From Schizochytrium sp. TIO01 (Eukaryota > Protista > Bigyra: Labyrinthulomycetes): a stretch of 64,000 bases of DNA. This document shows, in pieces, positions 10,896 through 22,920 of the stretch. Location of the stretch: contig SMSO01000034.1 of the NCBI GenBank assembly GCA_004764695.1, positions 1,302,001 through 1,366,000 on the forward strand. The letters run 5' to 3'. Under the pieces are notes generated by a model. It saw only the letters and a program-made list of their open reading frames with translations. It was not told the DNA's origin and searched no databases. Position 1 is the first letter of the stretch. Every line of letters starts with the position of its first letter. The position numbers were made by a program, and so were the translations under genes.

Positions 10896-11324
10896 TGTTG
10901 TCGTAAGAACCTTGCCTAAATCTGTGCACAACCTGTGACAATTTCAAAACTATCTACGGAGGCCCTTTCCAGCGTCCCAGAACTTCGCTGCGCCTCCCGT
11001 GCGACGCGCAAATTGCTTTGCTGCGCTCCGTACGCGCACCTCCTCCACCACTTCGCTTCGTTGGTGCTCACAGAAGTGGCCTATTCTTAATTAGGCCGAT
11101 GTCCCAAATGCTATTTTCGGACATTTAGGTATTTTCGGACGCCTCCTCCCCTATTCATGCTCTCCTACCCTTAAGGGTTCTTCGTAGCTAGGGCTATTGA
11201 GGCTACCCTTACTGTATCCCATAGCAACTACTCAGTAGTGTTAAAACCGCTAATACAGAATTCATTTTCCCCGAAAGTTTTGTATTCTTTAAAATTTTAA
11301 TTTAAAGGTAATAGAAAGGTTCTG

Positions 11325-11710
11325 GCTTTTACAAATTGCTTTTAGAACTCTCAGTGTCTTCGAGTTCTTCGTGAGGAAATGAATCCTCAGAGACGATCGA
11401 AAGAATCTTGAGCTGGTTGTCGACTGCCAATTGTGGAGCCAATGACTCGATGCAGAGTCAGCAGAAGGCTGTCCTAGGATTAAACATTTTGGGCAACCGT
11501 GACGAAGACTGCAAGAATAACGGCAATAGGATGTAGCTACCAATAACATTAGCACTTGACGTATTTAAAGAAAAAAGTCTATGCTGGCCTGGACTCTCGA
11601 AATCACAAACGTCGCTCACAATCTGCTGCGAAAGGATACATTCATCATTTTATGGACATCTGCAAAGGCAAACCTGACTTCACTTCGCAAACTGCATTCC
11701 TTAAATCGAT
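11325..11710 (+). pseudogene. Decayed F-box/LRR gene relic
   Basis: FYKL(L>P)LEL/SVFEFFVRK*ILRDDRKNLELVVDCQLWSQ*LD (F-box-like, ~11328-11452), then LRR-like EGCPRIKHF (11464-11490) and ANLTSLRKLH (11668-11697). Confidence 0.5.
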
Positions 11711-12559
11711 GATCAGGTCTGATGTGTAGGTTTTGGGCTCTAGTTTGCGCCAAAGTGTTTCTTGGTCCATAAAAATTGATCCTTCCTTCCTTCCTTCCAC
11801 ACATATTTAATTTGCTCTTATTATTACTATTGAAATTAAAATAAAACAATCTCAAACGATATCAAAAATCCCAACAATGCAGTGCATCGAAATGTGTCCA
11901 ATCACAAATCGCAGAATGAAGGTCGTGACATTTACTTCTCTGCTTTAAGATCGTCGCCTTCGTCAGCATGCTACCTCCTTCCTGGGTCCTGTTATCTGTT
12001 GGCATCGACAACCTATCCTTTTCTACTGTTTATAACCCCTTTCTTTGCTTTGGCGTATCTAAGTATCTATCTTCAGGCTCGCCGTCTCCTTGGGCCGGAG
12101 CAGACCTCGAACTGAGTGCTGTCGCTGCGGACGGGACCTGGAGAGGCCCCTGGACTGGGCTATCTGCGAGGTACAGCCTGCACGGCGCAGGTGGGAACTG
12201 GGTGAGTAAGGGATCGAACAGAATGCTGTGACGAAAGGTCTGGCCGGGACATTGAGCTTGGGTTAAGCTAGACGATGACGAACAATCATAGTGTCGCAAA
12301 GGCACTGAGTACTGACTGCGTGCCGAGGTGCGGACCTGAAGAAGACGAACGCGGGACTAATTGATCTGGAGGCGGAAGTTGCACAGCGTAACAGAGGAGA
12401 CTAACTTTAAAAGCGAGGAATTGACTCTTGTGGTGACCTGTGAATAGTTCCTGGGACACCGAGAGCTTCCGTTGTGGATTGCGGCAGTTGGCATACAGCC
12501 AAAAACAAGGCATTAAAACTAACTCGAAAGGTGTCGCAAAACGAAAGAGATCGACCATA

Positions 12560-13759
12560 ATGATGAAATCAGCAAAGATTTTTCTTGCTGCTGCCACAAT
12601 TTCGGTTATTGTTGCAGTAGCCACTGCTCAAGAGGCGTCTGAAGGAGATAGCCTGGTACATTTGCATGTACGAGAGCACTTCAGCAATATTGACAAACCG
12701 AAAGAGGAGGATGTACCTGAATTTGCAGGGGCAAGCTGGCGCTCTTTTCTTGAATTGACTGCTTTATGTTTTGCTATGCTTCTTGGCGCCTTTGGAGCTG
12801 GCATTGCGCCATTGCACGTTTCCCTCAACCAAAAGCAACTCCGCTCAGTCAACGCCCTGGGCGCAGGCTTGTTCATTGGTACAGCTCTCGCTGTCATTAT
12901 CCCAGAAGGTATTCATAGCCTTTACAATGGAGAGTTCCAGGTGGCGACGGATGCAAGTGGAGCAAGCATCTTGGTGTCAGACTCCTATCTGAGCAATGAA
13001 ACTACTATCGGCTTCGCCTTAGTGTCCGGATTTCTTCTTATGCTCTGTGTTGATCACCTGCTTGGTCAATCGCACCCGCCCAGTCATGGAAATGATGATT
13101 CACTGCCGGCCCTCGATAGCAATGATGCATATGATGAGGAAGACCAAAGCGGAGAAGCAGACGATGCGGAAAAGACCTTGATGGCTGATGAAGAAGGACC
13201 TGGTTTGTTCCGTCGGTCTGGTTCTGTCGGCGAGGAGATCCCTTCTCAATTACATAAATCCAAATCTGCTGTCAAGCGACGTGCAACTGTCACTCTTGGT
13301 CTCTTAGTCCACGCTGCGGCTGATGGTATTGCCCTTGGTGCAACTAAGGCTTCCTCTGCCGATGGCAGCCTGCGCCATGTCGAGCTCATGGTATTCTTTG
13401 CTATTATGATGCACAAGGTGCCAGCAGCGTTTGGCCTTAGTGTTTACTTGCGTGGAACAGGCCTGGACACAGAGGCAGTGCGCCGCAACATTGCTTACTT
13501 TGCTCTTGCTGCACCTGTAGCTGCTCTTGGTGTTTTCTTGCTGATGGACTATAGCTTTATGGGCCTTGGAGAGCTGTCTCCCTCGCTGATTGGTTTTGTA
13601 ATTCTTTTCTCAGCTGGCACATTCCTTTATGTAAGCTTAGTCCATGCGTTGTCAGAGCTCCCCCGCAACGAGAGCGGAACCTTTGACAGGCAGCAACTTG
13701 GGATTGTCATTGTAGGAAGTATTCTGCCTTTGCTGATATCCGTGATGCACGACCATTAG
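12560..13759 (+). CDS. ZIP-family zinc transporter, ZIP9/ATX2-like
   Basis: ATG 12560 (MMKSAKIF, signal peptide). GAGLFIGTALAVIIPEG, TM4 LVHAAADGIALG, TM5 AIMMHKVPAAFG, LFSAGTFLYV, C-terminal HDH. Confidence 0.9.
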   Translation: MMKSAKIFLAAATISVIVAVATAQEASEGDSLVHLHVREHFSNIDKPKEEDVPEFAGASWRSFLELTALCFAMLLGAFGAGIAPLHVSLNQKQLRSVNALGAGLFIGTALAVIIPEGIHSLYNGEFQVATDASGASILVSDSYLSNETTIGFALVSGFLLMLCVDHLLGQSHPPSHGNDDSLPALDSNDAYDEEDQSGEADDAEKTLMADEEGPGLFRRSGSVGEEIPSQLHKSKSAVKRRATVTLGLLVHAAADGIALGATKASSADGSLRHVELMVFFAIMMHKVPAAFGLSVYLRGTGLDTEAVRRNIAYFALAAPVAALGVFLLMDYSFMGLGELSPSLIGFVILFSAGTFLYVSLVHALSELPRNESGTFDRQQLGIVIVGSILPLLISVMHDH

Positions 13760-14232
13760 AATCCCAGAGGGTACGGTCTACCCAGCTTTTTTTATTGCGC
13801 CTTGGGGTTTGGACCAATTTTAACTGGTACTGGGCGTGCTGTCTGAAAGTAGCCCGCGCATTCAATGTTCTACACTACTACTGATAATCTAACCAATCTT
13901 CTCTTTTTTTTTTTAAAAAAGAATTTAAATCGAGATCAAACGGAAATGAATGAACCAACATACGGGACTGCAACTTGAACCTTTCGATGATTCCATCGGT
14001 CTTTATGGATACAAGTGTGGCACAGCTATCATTATAGTTGCAACATTTAAGTTCTCTAAGCTCGTTATTTGTGATGAAATTAAGGCCTGCTATTTACACG
14101 AATATATCAGGCTATTCCAAGGAATCATGTTTTTAGAGTGAGTGGCTATAGGCGCTGGCCTTTCCAATTTACCAAATCGAAAGATCGACAAGATTCTAAG
14201 AGCGGGGCTACGGAGCGCAAGAATAAGAGCGT

Positions 14233-15062
14233 TTAATCTGTGCCGAAATAGCGATCACCAAAATCTCCAAGACCGGGAACAATAAATTTGTGCTCGTTTA
14301 GGCCTTGGTCCACAGTGAGGGTCACGACACATACTTCGGGATAAGCTGTTGCAAGTGCTTCTAGACCTTGGGGACATGAAATAACGTTGAGAAAGGTAAT
14401 ATTTTTGGCAGGAATGCCGGACTCCGTAAGTACCCCAATAGCTTTAATTGCACTTCCTCCAGTGGCAAGCATAGGGTCACAAAGAATCACTTTGCGCTTT
14501 GAGATATCGCTAGGAAGCTTGGCATAAATGAGTTTGCACTTTTTCTCGGGGTCATCTTCATCGCGTTGGATGAGGATCTTGGCTACGCTAGCTCCAGGGT
14601 TAAGCCGCCGTACAGCCTCTGTGAGAATATCACCAGATCTGACAATACTAACAATGCACAAGTCCTGCGGCTTTGATCCCTCCAAACCTTGCAATGTGCC
14701 ACATGGGGTCGTAATCTCAACCTGCTGTGCCAAATTTTCGTGCGCCAGGCCCTCCTCAGCGAGCAGCGTACATGCACGATCGGCAAACACCGCAAAAGTT
14801 GCACAATCGGTGTCTGATCTCCTCAGCTTACTCAGTCTTCGAGTTTGTCGCAGTTTCCGTTCATACGCGAGACAACGCCATTGATAGTTTCACGAAACAA
14901 GATGGTCCTGTTGGTTTTCCGTCCCTAGTTTTACCTCAAATCTTGATCATCTTTGGTATCCAAGTCTCTCCTGCAACGCTAAGCCTTGGACCGAGATAAA
15001 GCAACTTACAAAAGCTCTGCAGCACGACTCCGGACCACGGTTACGGTAGAAGGCAGATTCAT
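14233..15062 (-). CDS. UPRT: Uracil phosphoribosyltransferase (FUR1-like), 2 exons: 15062-15010 and 14836-14233
   Basis: Exon 1 MNLPSTVTVVRSRAAEL ends at a GTAAGT donor (15009). A 173-nt intron ends AAG at 14837, and the joined frame reads LLSKLRRSDT..FADR..LLAEEGL. PRPP-binding VILCDPMLATGGS and C-terminal IVPGLGDFGDRYFGT; 218 aa. Confidence 0.88.
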
Positions 15063-15153
15063 ACTTGCAGAATCGCTGGGGTTCTTTGCAGTGGAGAATT
15101 GCTTTTTGGTTTCAAAAGATATTGTTGCGCTACAGAATTTTCATGAATTAGCC

Positions 15154-15211
15154 GAAAAGAACGTCGCCTCCACAGAAAAGAACACGTCAGGAAAAGAACA
15201 CGTTACGAAAA
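15154..15211. promoter_or_regulatory. Three direct repeats GAAAAGAAC(AC)GT upstream of UPRT
   Basis: Copies at 15154, 15175 and 15191, 90-140 bp upstream of ATG 15062, next to an AT island. Regulatory role is inferred. Confidence 0.45.
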
Positions 15212-15730
15212 AAAAAACTTCCTCTATTTAATTTAATTTTTTAATTCTAAAAATATTAAAATACAAAATATTAAAAGTTATATAGGCCTAGATACCTAGC
15301 TACCATTTTCTATATTCGAAACAATGCCACTTGGCCAATTATGGGAATGATCACATTCAAGTCGGCTTTATCGGTCAACTTAGACAAAAGGGATGCACGT
15401 CCTTTCTTTGGAGGCAGAGGCTTGTGAGTATAACTGTACTCTCTTGAACCTGCACTTTTCAGAATAAGCACTGTACCTCATTGATAGTTTATTCTTAATC
15501 TTTGCAAGTTAACTCAGCACATGTGTTTGTTTTATGATGAAAAAGGAAAAGTCAAATAAAATTATGTACTAGTTTTCCGACGATAATGTAAACGTAGTAG
15601 CTTCGAACAGCACGTGTACATAATTCTCAAGAAACGATGAGCAAGACACCATATGCCCAGACGGAAGGCCTCTGACATATATCGTACAATTAATGTATCA
15701 TTTCATCTGTCTATCTGATACAGTGTTCTT

Positions 15731-17380
15731 TCATTGAAGCCTCGACAGCTCATTCAACGTCTGGTTTTCTCCTACCTTACAGTCTTCGAAAGAAAGTAGA
15801 GCGTCTCGATCAGAGTTTCGCGCTGATATAAACTCTTTTTCGATGACCCCAAGCATCTGAGTTATGAAAGTTGTTGCATCAGAAAGTGCTGACATCACAG
15901 AATCAGCACTTGCAAAAGCACTAACTCATTTTCGCGAGACGCAATTTATTTTAGCAAACTGCATCAAGGTTGGAATCTGCTGGAAAGCCTTTGCCAGATG
16001 TACGCAACGTACTACTTGAATTTGGAGATCTCTCCCTCTCTCTCTTATTTACGATTTGCGGCGACTGTTGCAACATCTGCGTACACGAAATGAATGACCT
16101 TACGCCATGTCGCGATAGCTTGCGCACAAATCCAACACACTCACCATAGCATGGGTGCCTTCAGCAGAAGAACTCCAACTCGACGAATCAATTAAGTTCG
16201 GATCCCCATTAATCCGTCGCACTTTTCCGTTTCCTGGTCCTTCTTGCTTGACCGAAACTCTGTTGGTACCATGCATATTCTTAAAAGGCATGGATGGCCC
16301 CAGGAGGGAGAATTTGGTGATCGGTAACGCCAGCGATGGCTTCCAATTCATGGAGTCTAGCCTTTCGACAAACAAACAAACAAACAAACAAACAAACAAA
16401 CAAACAAACAAACAAACAAACAAACAAACAAACAAACAAACAAACAAACAAACAAACAAACAAACAAACAAACAAACAAACAAACAAACAAACAAACAAA
16501 CAAACAAACAAACAAACAAACAAACAAACAAACAAACAAACAAACAAACAAACAAAACGGGCTTTATGAAAATGCAGCACGTTTATTTAAAGAACTTTGG
16601 TCTTCTGGCCTCTGTCTTCAAGGCAATGCATGCATGCAGCCCACTATCCACGGCCTCCGGAATGCAAAAGACACAACCTTTTGGGAGAAGAAACAGTTTC
16701 CCTATTCGCTTGTTTTTTGTTTTTGTTGTTGTTGTAGTAGTATTTACCAATAAAAACGTAAATAAATAATGAAACGTCGCTTAGATTCTTTTTATGATTG
16801 TGAAATTAGTAGTACTACTCTCTAGAGAGTACTAGGAAATGCTGTGCAAAAGTTCCTCATTTGCTCTAGCTAGAGAGCCAACTAAATATTTCTCGTTTGC
16901 TTGGATCCCCACACAGGGTGGGCTGATTAATCTCTCTCCACGATTTTGCCACTTTGTCGAGCGTGAAGGCAACTTAGCTCTAGAATTTTGACGGGCTTGA
17001 ATTGGGAGAGAAGCAAAATAAATAAACAAATAAATAAGTAAGGCGATATATAGCTTCGGTTGTAAAGGAAATCGACAAGCAAACAGCTCAATCAACACCA
17101 GTCCGCAAGTCGATTGCAATCTACCAACACCAGATCTGGAGGACCTAGTCACTCAGCCCATGCGATCAAAATCAGCTTCAGAGTCTATCCCGAACCTCGA
17201 AAAGAACTTAGGGCTGGGCAAGCTTTCGTTCGCTAGCTATCTCCACTCAAGGGTCCCCTAAAAGTATTTGCGAGAACCTCGAAGAAGCTGCATCGGTAAA
17301 CGTGCAGTTCAGCTAGCAAAGGGGTGCAGAGAACGGATGGCGTCCAAACCTAGGTATTCTTCTCTTCTCTGCAAGCAAGT
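15731..17380 (+). pseudogene. Decayed F-box/LRR gene (clearest relic), interrupted by a microsatellite
   Basis: A single frame at 15731-15859 reads SLKPRQLIQRLVFSYLTVFERK*SVSIRVSR*YKLFFDDPKHL (F-box). LRR-like pieces follow: DITESALAKALTHFRETQFILANCIKV, PLPDVRNVLL, PDLEDL (17130), PNLEKNL (17190), ICENLEE, PNLGILL. The distal LRRs may belong to a second copy. Confidence 0.6.
16368..16556. repeat. (ACAA)~47 perfect microsatellite
   Basis: Directly visible. It generates the spurious TNKQ and FVCL ORFs. Confidence 0.98.
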
Positions 17381-18827
17381 GAACTCTGGCTTTGTGGTCT
17401 GATGACATCCACAATTCATGATAAAAAGCCAAAAAAACAGTGACTCGTAGACACAAATCACTGGAGGATTGACACAGCAAACAACAACTCGCAGTCTAGT
17501 GATGGCAAAGGCACATCACAAACTACTGCGACCACGTTAATTTGATACAGGTATTAGGTGTTCTCACTCCATGATGGCCTGGGACTTATTCACGATGCAT
17601 CTGCATCGATCCGTGCGTTGATCGTCTTGGCGACGACAATGACGATTATGATGATGATCATGCTGACTCGGAGTGCAGATTTGCAGGTCGTTCATCTCCT
17701 CGAGTGCAAATTCGAGCGAGCGATTGTAGCCCACAGCTTTACAATCAAGAAACACGAGATCGTGTGAAATCGAATCTCCTCGCAAAGCCTGCCCGAAGCA
17801 GGCAGCCAGCCAGGCACGAAGTAGTCTAGATTGAAGTCGCTTGTGCTTGCATCGCGCTTTTGCCGTTACGCTATCTTGCATCGCGATGCATTGAAATGTA
17901 CCGCACTGCTCTAACTCGGTACGTACTACTTTAGTGCATTGCATTACATCACTATTTTACAAACCATAAGAGCTCTCTTTCAGAATTTTAATTTTAATCA
18001 ATTGTAATTATTTATTTTATTTTATTTGTTTATTTATTAGACTTTAATTAATAAAAAGTGGGTGCTATGCACTCCTCCTTCTTTTCTCCACGAGCCGATT
18101 AATATGAATCACATCGTTCATTGGCCTGAGCGAAGCAACTTCACGAGCCACGAGCCACGAGCAACCTTTCTACTGCAGCCTGCTTGGGCAACAACTCTTC
18201 GAGAGAGGGCCCTTCCAAGCGAGTTTGAGTATATGGCTAGATAGATAAATGGAAAGCTTAAAAGAATACACCTGCATTCTTGAATGCTGGAAGGATAGCA
18301 GAAGGAGCAGATAATAGCGCTTCCAGGTCCCTAATTGACACTAATAGTGACAGGTTCGTTCATTATTGTCCCTCACGATGTTCATTCTCAGTTTTGATGT
18401 GGATAGGTAAGTTCGTGGCGTTGTTTGATGATTTGGTGTGATTTCGTTTGCTATGAATGGTGTGAGTTGAAACGAGGTCTGCTGATTTGTGGATGGATTT
18501 ATCTGTCCACTTATTTGTGTGTATATTTATTTAGCATAATTCATCCAATTCAATTTAATTCAATGTAATATAATGTAATGTAATGTAGTTTAATTTAAAA
18601 TTAATACTGAAGATTAAAAAATATTAAATGCGCTACCTGGAATTATTTTTTGAGATAGAAGAAGAAAATTGCAAAGTAATCAATAAACCTACAACTGTGA
18701 TACGTGCCGTGCTGCTGCGAAACCTCCTCGAGCCTGGGGGTCTTCGGGGCGGCAGCTTTTGCGCGTGTCTCTACTCTGGACGATTGAAGAAGAAGGCGGC
18801 GCTCCTGCCCTGTGTGGAGAAGCAAAG

Positions 18828-20253
18828 ATGAGACTCACGTCGCGTAGCATGCCTGACTCTGAGAGATTAGGAGACTTGGAGAATGGAGCTGCCAAGACCA
18901 ACGAAGAGACGCTGCTCCCGTCGCCTCTGACGGTTGAGGTGAACCCGAATGAAAAGGAGCCGAGGTCGAGCTTCTTGCAGCGCCAGTTGCGCAACGTCAC
19001 ACCGCAGGTTAAGCAGCAGGCTGCACCCAAGCACTCAATTACTGAGATGGTGGTGCTTTCCATGATTTTCCTGATCTCTGGCCCTCTGCTCATCATGAGT
19101 AATAAGTATATTCTTAGGGATCTGGACTTTGAGTTCCCGCTGACATTGACGTTGGTTACGCTTGTCTTTTGCAGCGCAGTTACATGGGCTTATGTGCACT
19201 CCAAAGGTACCACTTTGCGCCACTCGCACATGATTACCAGGGAGTTCTTCATTTACCGCATCTGCCCAATAGGGGCACTCAGTGCAGGGTACGTTTAAGT
19301 ATTGTATGATTTCGTGATTGCTCACAACAGGTCCCAGTTCCGCTGAAAACAGCACTTCGATTTCTCTCTTCAAAGGCCTCATTAAGGAGATATTTGTATG
19401 AAATAGCTGCCGAAGGGAAACATTTTCTGGGGAAACTTTAATAACACAACTACTTGCTGCAGTCTTGTCCCTCCGTGAGATGTAATGTATTTGATTGTGC
19501 TTAACTGACGTCATGGATGCGGGTTACTGAAATGCTCCCTCTATATATATGGCTGGACTCTATTTGTAATGTTTAAATTATACGCTACACAGAACTATTG
19601 TACTGGGAATGGCGAGTTACCTATTTCTGACAGTAGCCTTTGTGCAAATGCTAAAGGCATTTACACCCGTCATGACCCTTGGTGGCTTGGTGCTTTTCCG
19701 TCTTACCAAGCCATCTTTTAGAATTGTTCTCAGCGTGCTGGTGATCTGCATTGGTACAGCCATTGCTGGCGCCGGTGAACTTAATTTCAGTCTCGTCGGT
19801 ATGGCCTGCATGCTTTTAGCGCAGACCTGCGAGGCACTCAAGCTCATTTTTACGCAGGTAGTTCTGCAAAACTTGCGTTTCGACCTTGCTGAGACCTTGT
19901 ATTATATCACACCTACGAGCGCCGTCTTTGTTTTTGTTTTCGCACTCTTCATGGAGTTCCCTTACATGACTGCGGACGACTGGGCTATCCTGTTCAACAA
20001 CAAGCAAGCTTTCTTGCTTAGTTGCGTCTGTGCTATTGCAACAAATGTCATCAATACCTTTGTTATCCAATTCAGCAATGCACTCGCTTTGAAGCTTGTG
20101 GCCACTGCCCGTAATGCGGTTCTGGTCCTTATCAACGCTCTCTTCTTTGCCGAAATTGTAACTGGCCAGCAATATATTGGCTACACTGTGTCTCTTGGTG
20201 GGTTTGTGGCATACAACTACATTAACTACAAGGAAGGTCAAGCCAAGCAATAG
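18828..20253 (+). CDS. TPT/nucleotide-sugar transporter family (SLC35E/plant sugar-phosphate translocator-like), 2 exons: 18828-19288 and 19593-20253
   Basis: Donor GG|GTACGT at 19289, acceptor CAG at 19592 (304-nt intron). The join reads GALSAG-TIVLGMASYLFLTVAFVQMLKAFTPV. Also NKYIL...FEFPLTLT, GELNFS and TLYYITP; about 10 TMs. Confidence 0.9.
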
Positions 20254-20704
20254 ATTATGAATACCCAAACACTGTGCCTTTTCTGCTGCGCAACCCAGTC
20301 CTTTTTGCTGAAAGAACTGTGTGGCTCTCTGTCCTGACCGCTTGTACGCCTGCTTGTTCGCCCTGTATCGCGAGAGACATTTGATTGACGTGTGGTGATG
20401 ATGCTGTAAGAGTGATAATAGAGACGGCAAACACAACAACAACGACGATAAATAAATACCGAAGACGATGATTCTAGTCTCTATTTCGCTTTGATAATTT
20501 TATCACCCACTTTTCCTTTTTTTCGTCGGCTTCATTTTGTTTTTATTTTGTTTTTTTGTTGATTTTGTGGTGAAGATGGTACCTATATTCTCTTCATTTG
20601 ATGATGCAGGTTACCAGCCTTCGTTGTTTCCTTCAATATATCTGTTTTTGAAAGGGCTTCTGAAAGGAACAACCTAATTTGCGTCGCTGGCTTTTTGAAT
20701 TACC

Positions 20705-20830
20705 CACCCACGATGTAATCATCGACAGAATTGAGAAATTAGAGTAGTAGATAAGCATTGTTGAGATGGACCAATCTTTGTCGTCTAAAAAAGGTGGAAT
20801 AATTACCGAAACATTCAGGAAAACCCAATG
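20705..20830 (-). pseudogene. F-box-like relic
   Basis: LGFP/NVSVIIPPFLDDKDWSISTMLIYYSNFSILSMITSW matches L.xP....I.PFL..KD...+....+..L....W. Confidence 0.4.
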
Positions 20831-20986
20831 CAAAACCAGAGTTAATCTCCAAAACGATATTAAAAGATGAAGATATAAGATATTGTGAATTGAATAGTTA
20901 TAGTACACTCAAATCTGCTCAAGTCAGAATATCTGACTCACAGGCTAACCAAAGAATTTTGCCACCTCCTTGTGTGTGCAGAGTTT

Positions 20987-22006
20987 TCATTGAGATGCTG
21001 AAAGGAATTCAAGCTGAGAAAGAGAACCCGACTGCAATGATTCCCCTTGAGAACATGCGAATGAGTCATTTGAAAGAGTAGAAGGCCAGAACTCTGGCGA
21101 AGCAGCCCAAGAGTCTTGAGAAAGAGTTTTAGTTCCAGATTCCAGCGGATTAGGAACATCTTGGTGATCGAAACCTGTCCATGAGATATCTGACAAATGT
21201 GAGAGAGTCCGTTCAGGCTTGTCCTGCGACGACTGCAGCGGTTGAACAGACGGACTGACGCTTTCTGAGAGCCATGTTGGGTTGCGAACAAGCCCAATTG
21301 TACCTCTGTGGGATTTTGGCGAGTTCCAAGGAGATGGTGTTCTTAAACTTGACGGGGGGATTTCAACTTCGAAATTCAAATCAAGCGAGTCAAGCCGATC
21401 CTTGCTAATAAATGATGACGATGTGAGTGATCGTTTGAGCTCTGTCGCAGAATGCTTCGCTTCAGCAGGCGGACTCTCTTTATGCTTCTCCAGCATTTGC
21501 AAATTACAAAAACGTGAAGCTGCAAAATCGTCGACCTGCTTGTTGATCTCTGCAAAACGTACTCCACGAGCTCCGTCCAGAAAATCAAAACACGAGATAC
21601 TCGAATCCTCAAGAGCAGGGTCCTGGAAACCATGCTTCCAGCGTTCTGTATCAGTGAGATCAACATTACCAAGGGTGGTTTTGAGCATGATTCTCCGCTT
21701 CAGTGCAGGTTGTTCATCTGCTATGATATCAAGCCGAGATCGTTTCCGACTCTTCGCACCGTTATCTGCATCGCTAACGAGGAACGCATGTTTCTCCATG
21801 TCCCATGAGCTTTCCAAAACCGCCGTGAGTGCCGCCGAAATGAGATTCCGACGCACTCCAAGAGCTGGTACCTTCTCCTTCGCACCTCTTGAGAGGCCCT
21901 CCTTGACGTCCTCCAGCGCACTTCGTTCGATTCCCTGGTATCGCGTTCCCTCTGAGGTCGATCTGGCGGCCATCATGGAGCGCTGGCGGGCTGACTTCAG
22001 CGCCAT
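20987..22006 (-). CDS. Hypothetical Ser-rich, probably nuclear and disordered protein (~339 aa)
   Basis: Long ORF with likely ATG 22006 (MALKSARQRS), basic clusters KSRKRSR and LKRR, and many SP/TP sites. A (TCGC)n promoter-like tract lies upstream. No recognisable domain. Confidence 0.6.
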   Translation of the reverse strand: MALKSARQRSMMAARSTSEGTRYQGIERSALEDVKEGLSRGAKEKVPALGVRRNLISAALTAVLESSWDMEKHAFLVSDADNGAKSRKRSRLDIIADEQPALKRRIMLKTTLGNVDLTDTERWKHGFQDPALEDSSISCFDFLDGARGVRFAEINKQVDDFAASRFCNLQMLEKHKESPPAEAKHSATELKRSLTSSSFISKDRLDSLDLNFEVEIPPSSLRTPSPWNSPKSHRGTIGLVRNPTWLSESVSPSVQPLQSSQDKPERTLSHLSDISWTGFDHQDVPNPLESGTKTLSQDSWAASPEFWPSTLSNDSFACSQGESLQSGSLSQLEFLSASQ

Positions 22007-22920
22007 GTTCTTCGTAGCAGTGTCTCTTCTTCTCAGGCTCACCCGAACACGGCTTCAGGTCTCTCCCACGTGCTTTCTCGCTCGCTCGATCGCTCGCTCG
22101 GTACAGGTGCCGCGCGCTCTCCCTCTCAAAGCAGAATGCCAAAGCTGTGTTTGGGTTCTGCTGTTTCAAACCCTCTTTTTCGACGCTCTCAATAACCCAA
22201 CTAACTGCCTAATGCTTTATAGGTAAAGGGAGAGTGGCCCTCCTATGGTTTACCTTAACTCCCTCTAGCACCAGCGAGCCTTTGGCTTCATGTATATTCT
22301 GTGCAAAAGTATGCGATTTCTAATTCAAAGCGTTCTCCTGAGCACCAAAGTTTTGCTGCGAAATTAGCAGCTAATTTTAAAACGTGTGCATGGCGCACGG
22401 GGGAAGCTCGACGCGCTGATGTTCCTTGGAGAGGCCTGTTCTGTTTGGAGAGAAGGGAAAGAGAACGGGTGGAGGATGAATGAACTTGGAGACACGATCT
22501 ATGATCGAGTTTAATCCGTCAATTGATTGCAAGTGCAGGGCGCCGAGAACGCCGACCCTTACTCGTGCGGCTGAAGGGGACGCTGCAAGGAGCCAGGGAC
22601 GCGTGATTCTTTTGGATTGAGCGTGCGACACGTCTCAACAAAGAAGGCAACGGTAGATTATTTGCATCCGCTTGGATTGTCTATTGGACAGTGAGCTTTC
22701 GAAACTGAAGGTCGTGCGTGCAGACCTTTCTGTGGACATTGTTACAAAATTTCAGCACTGGGGACCTAGGGGATCTCAACAGCATTCTGTGTTTGCCAGG
22801 GGTTAGCTTTTAGAGAATACCTTTAGCTTCCTAGGAAGCGAGACAAGCTTAGCGTTTGGAGTACACGCGAGGATATACATTTGATCCTTCGAGCTTTTCT
22901 TGTGCTGACTTTGAGGAAAA

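Noticed and set aside
16100-16769. ORFs with TNKQ or FVCL repeats (also 41291-41540 and 35236-35643)
   Set aside because: Translations of (ACAA)n and (GAAA)n microsatellites.
18425-18485. C/D snoRNA-like TGATGA...CTGA
   Set aside because: No terminal stem or recognisable rRNA antisense element.
21282-22226. 314-aa plus-strand ORF
   Set aside because: TTG start and antisense to the 20987-22006 ORF, whose composition and promoter context are more gene-like.
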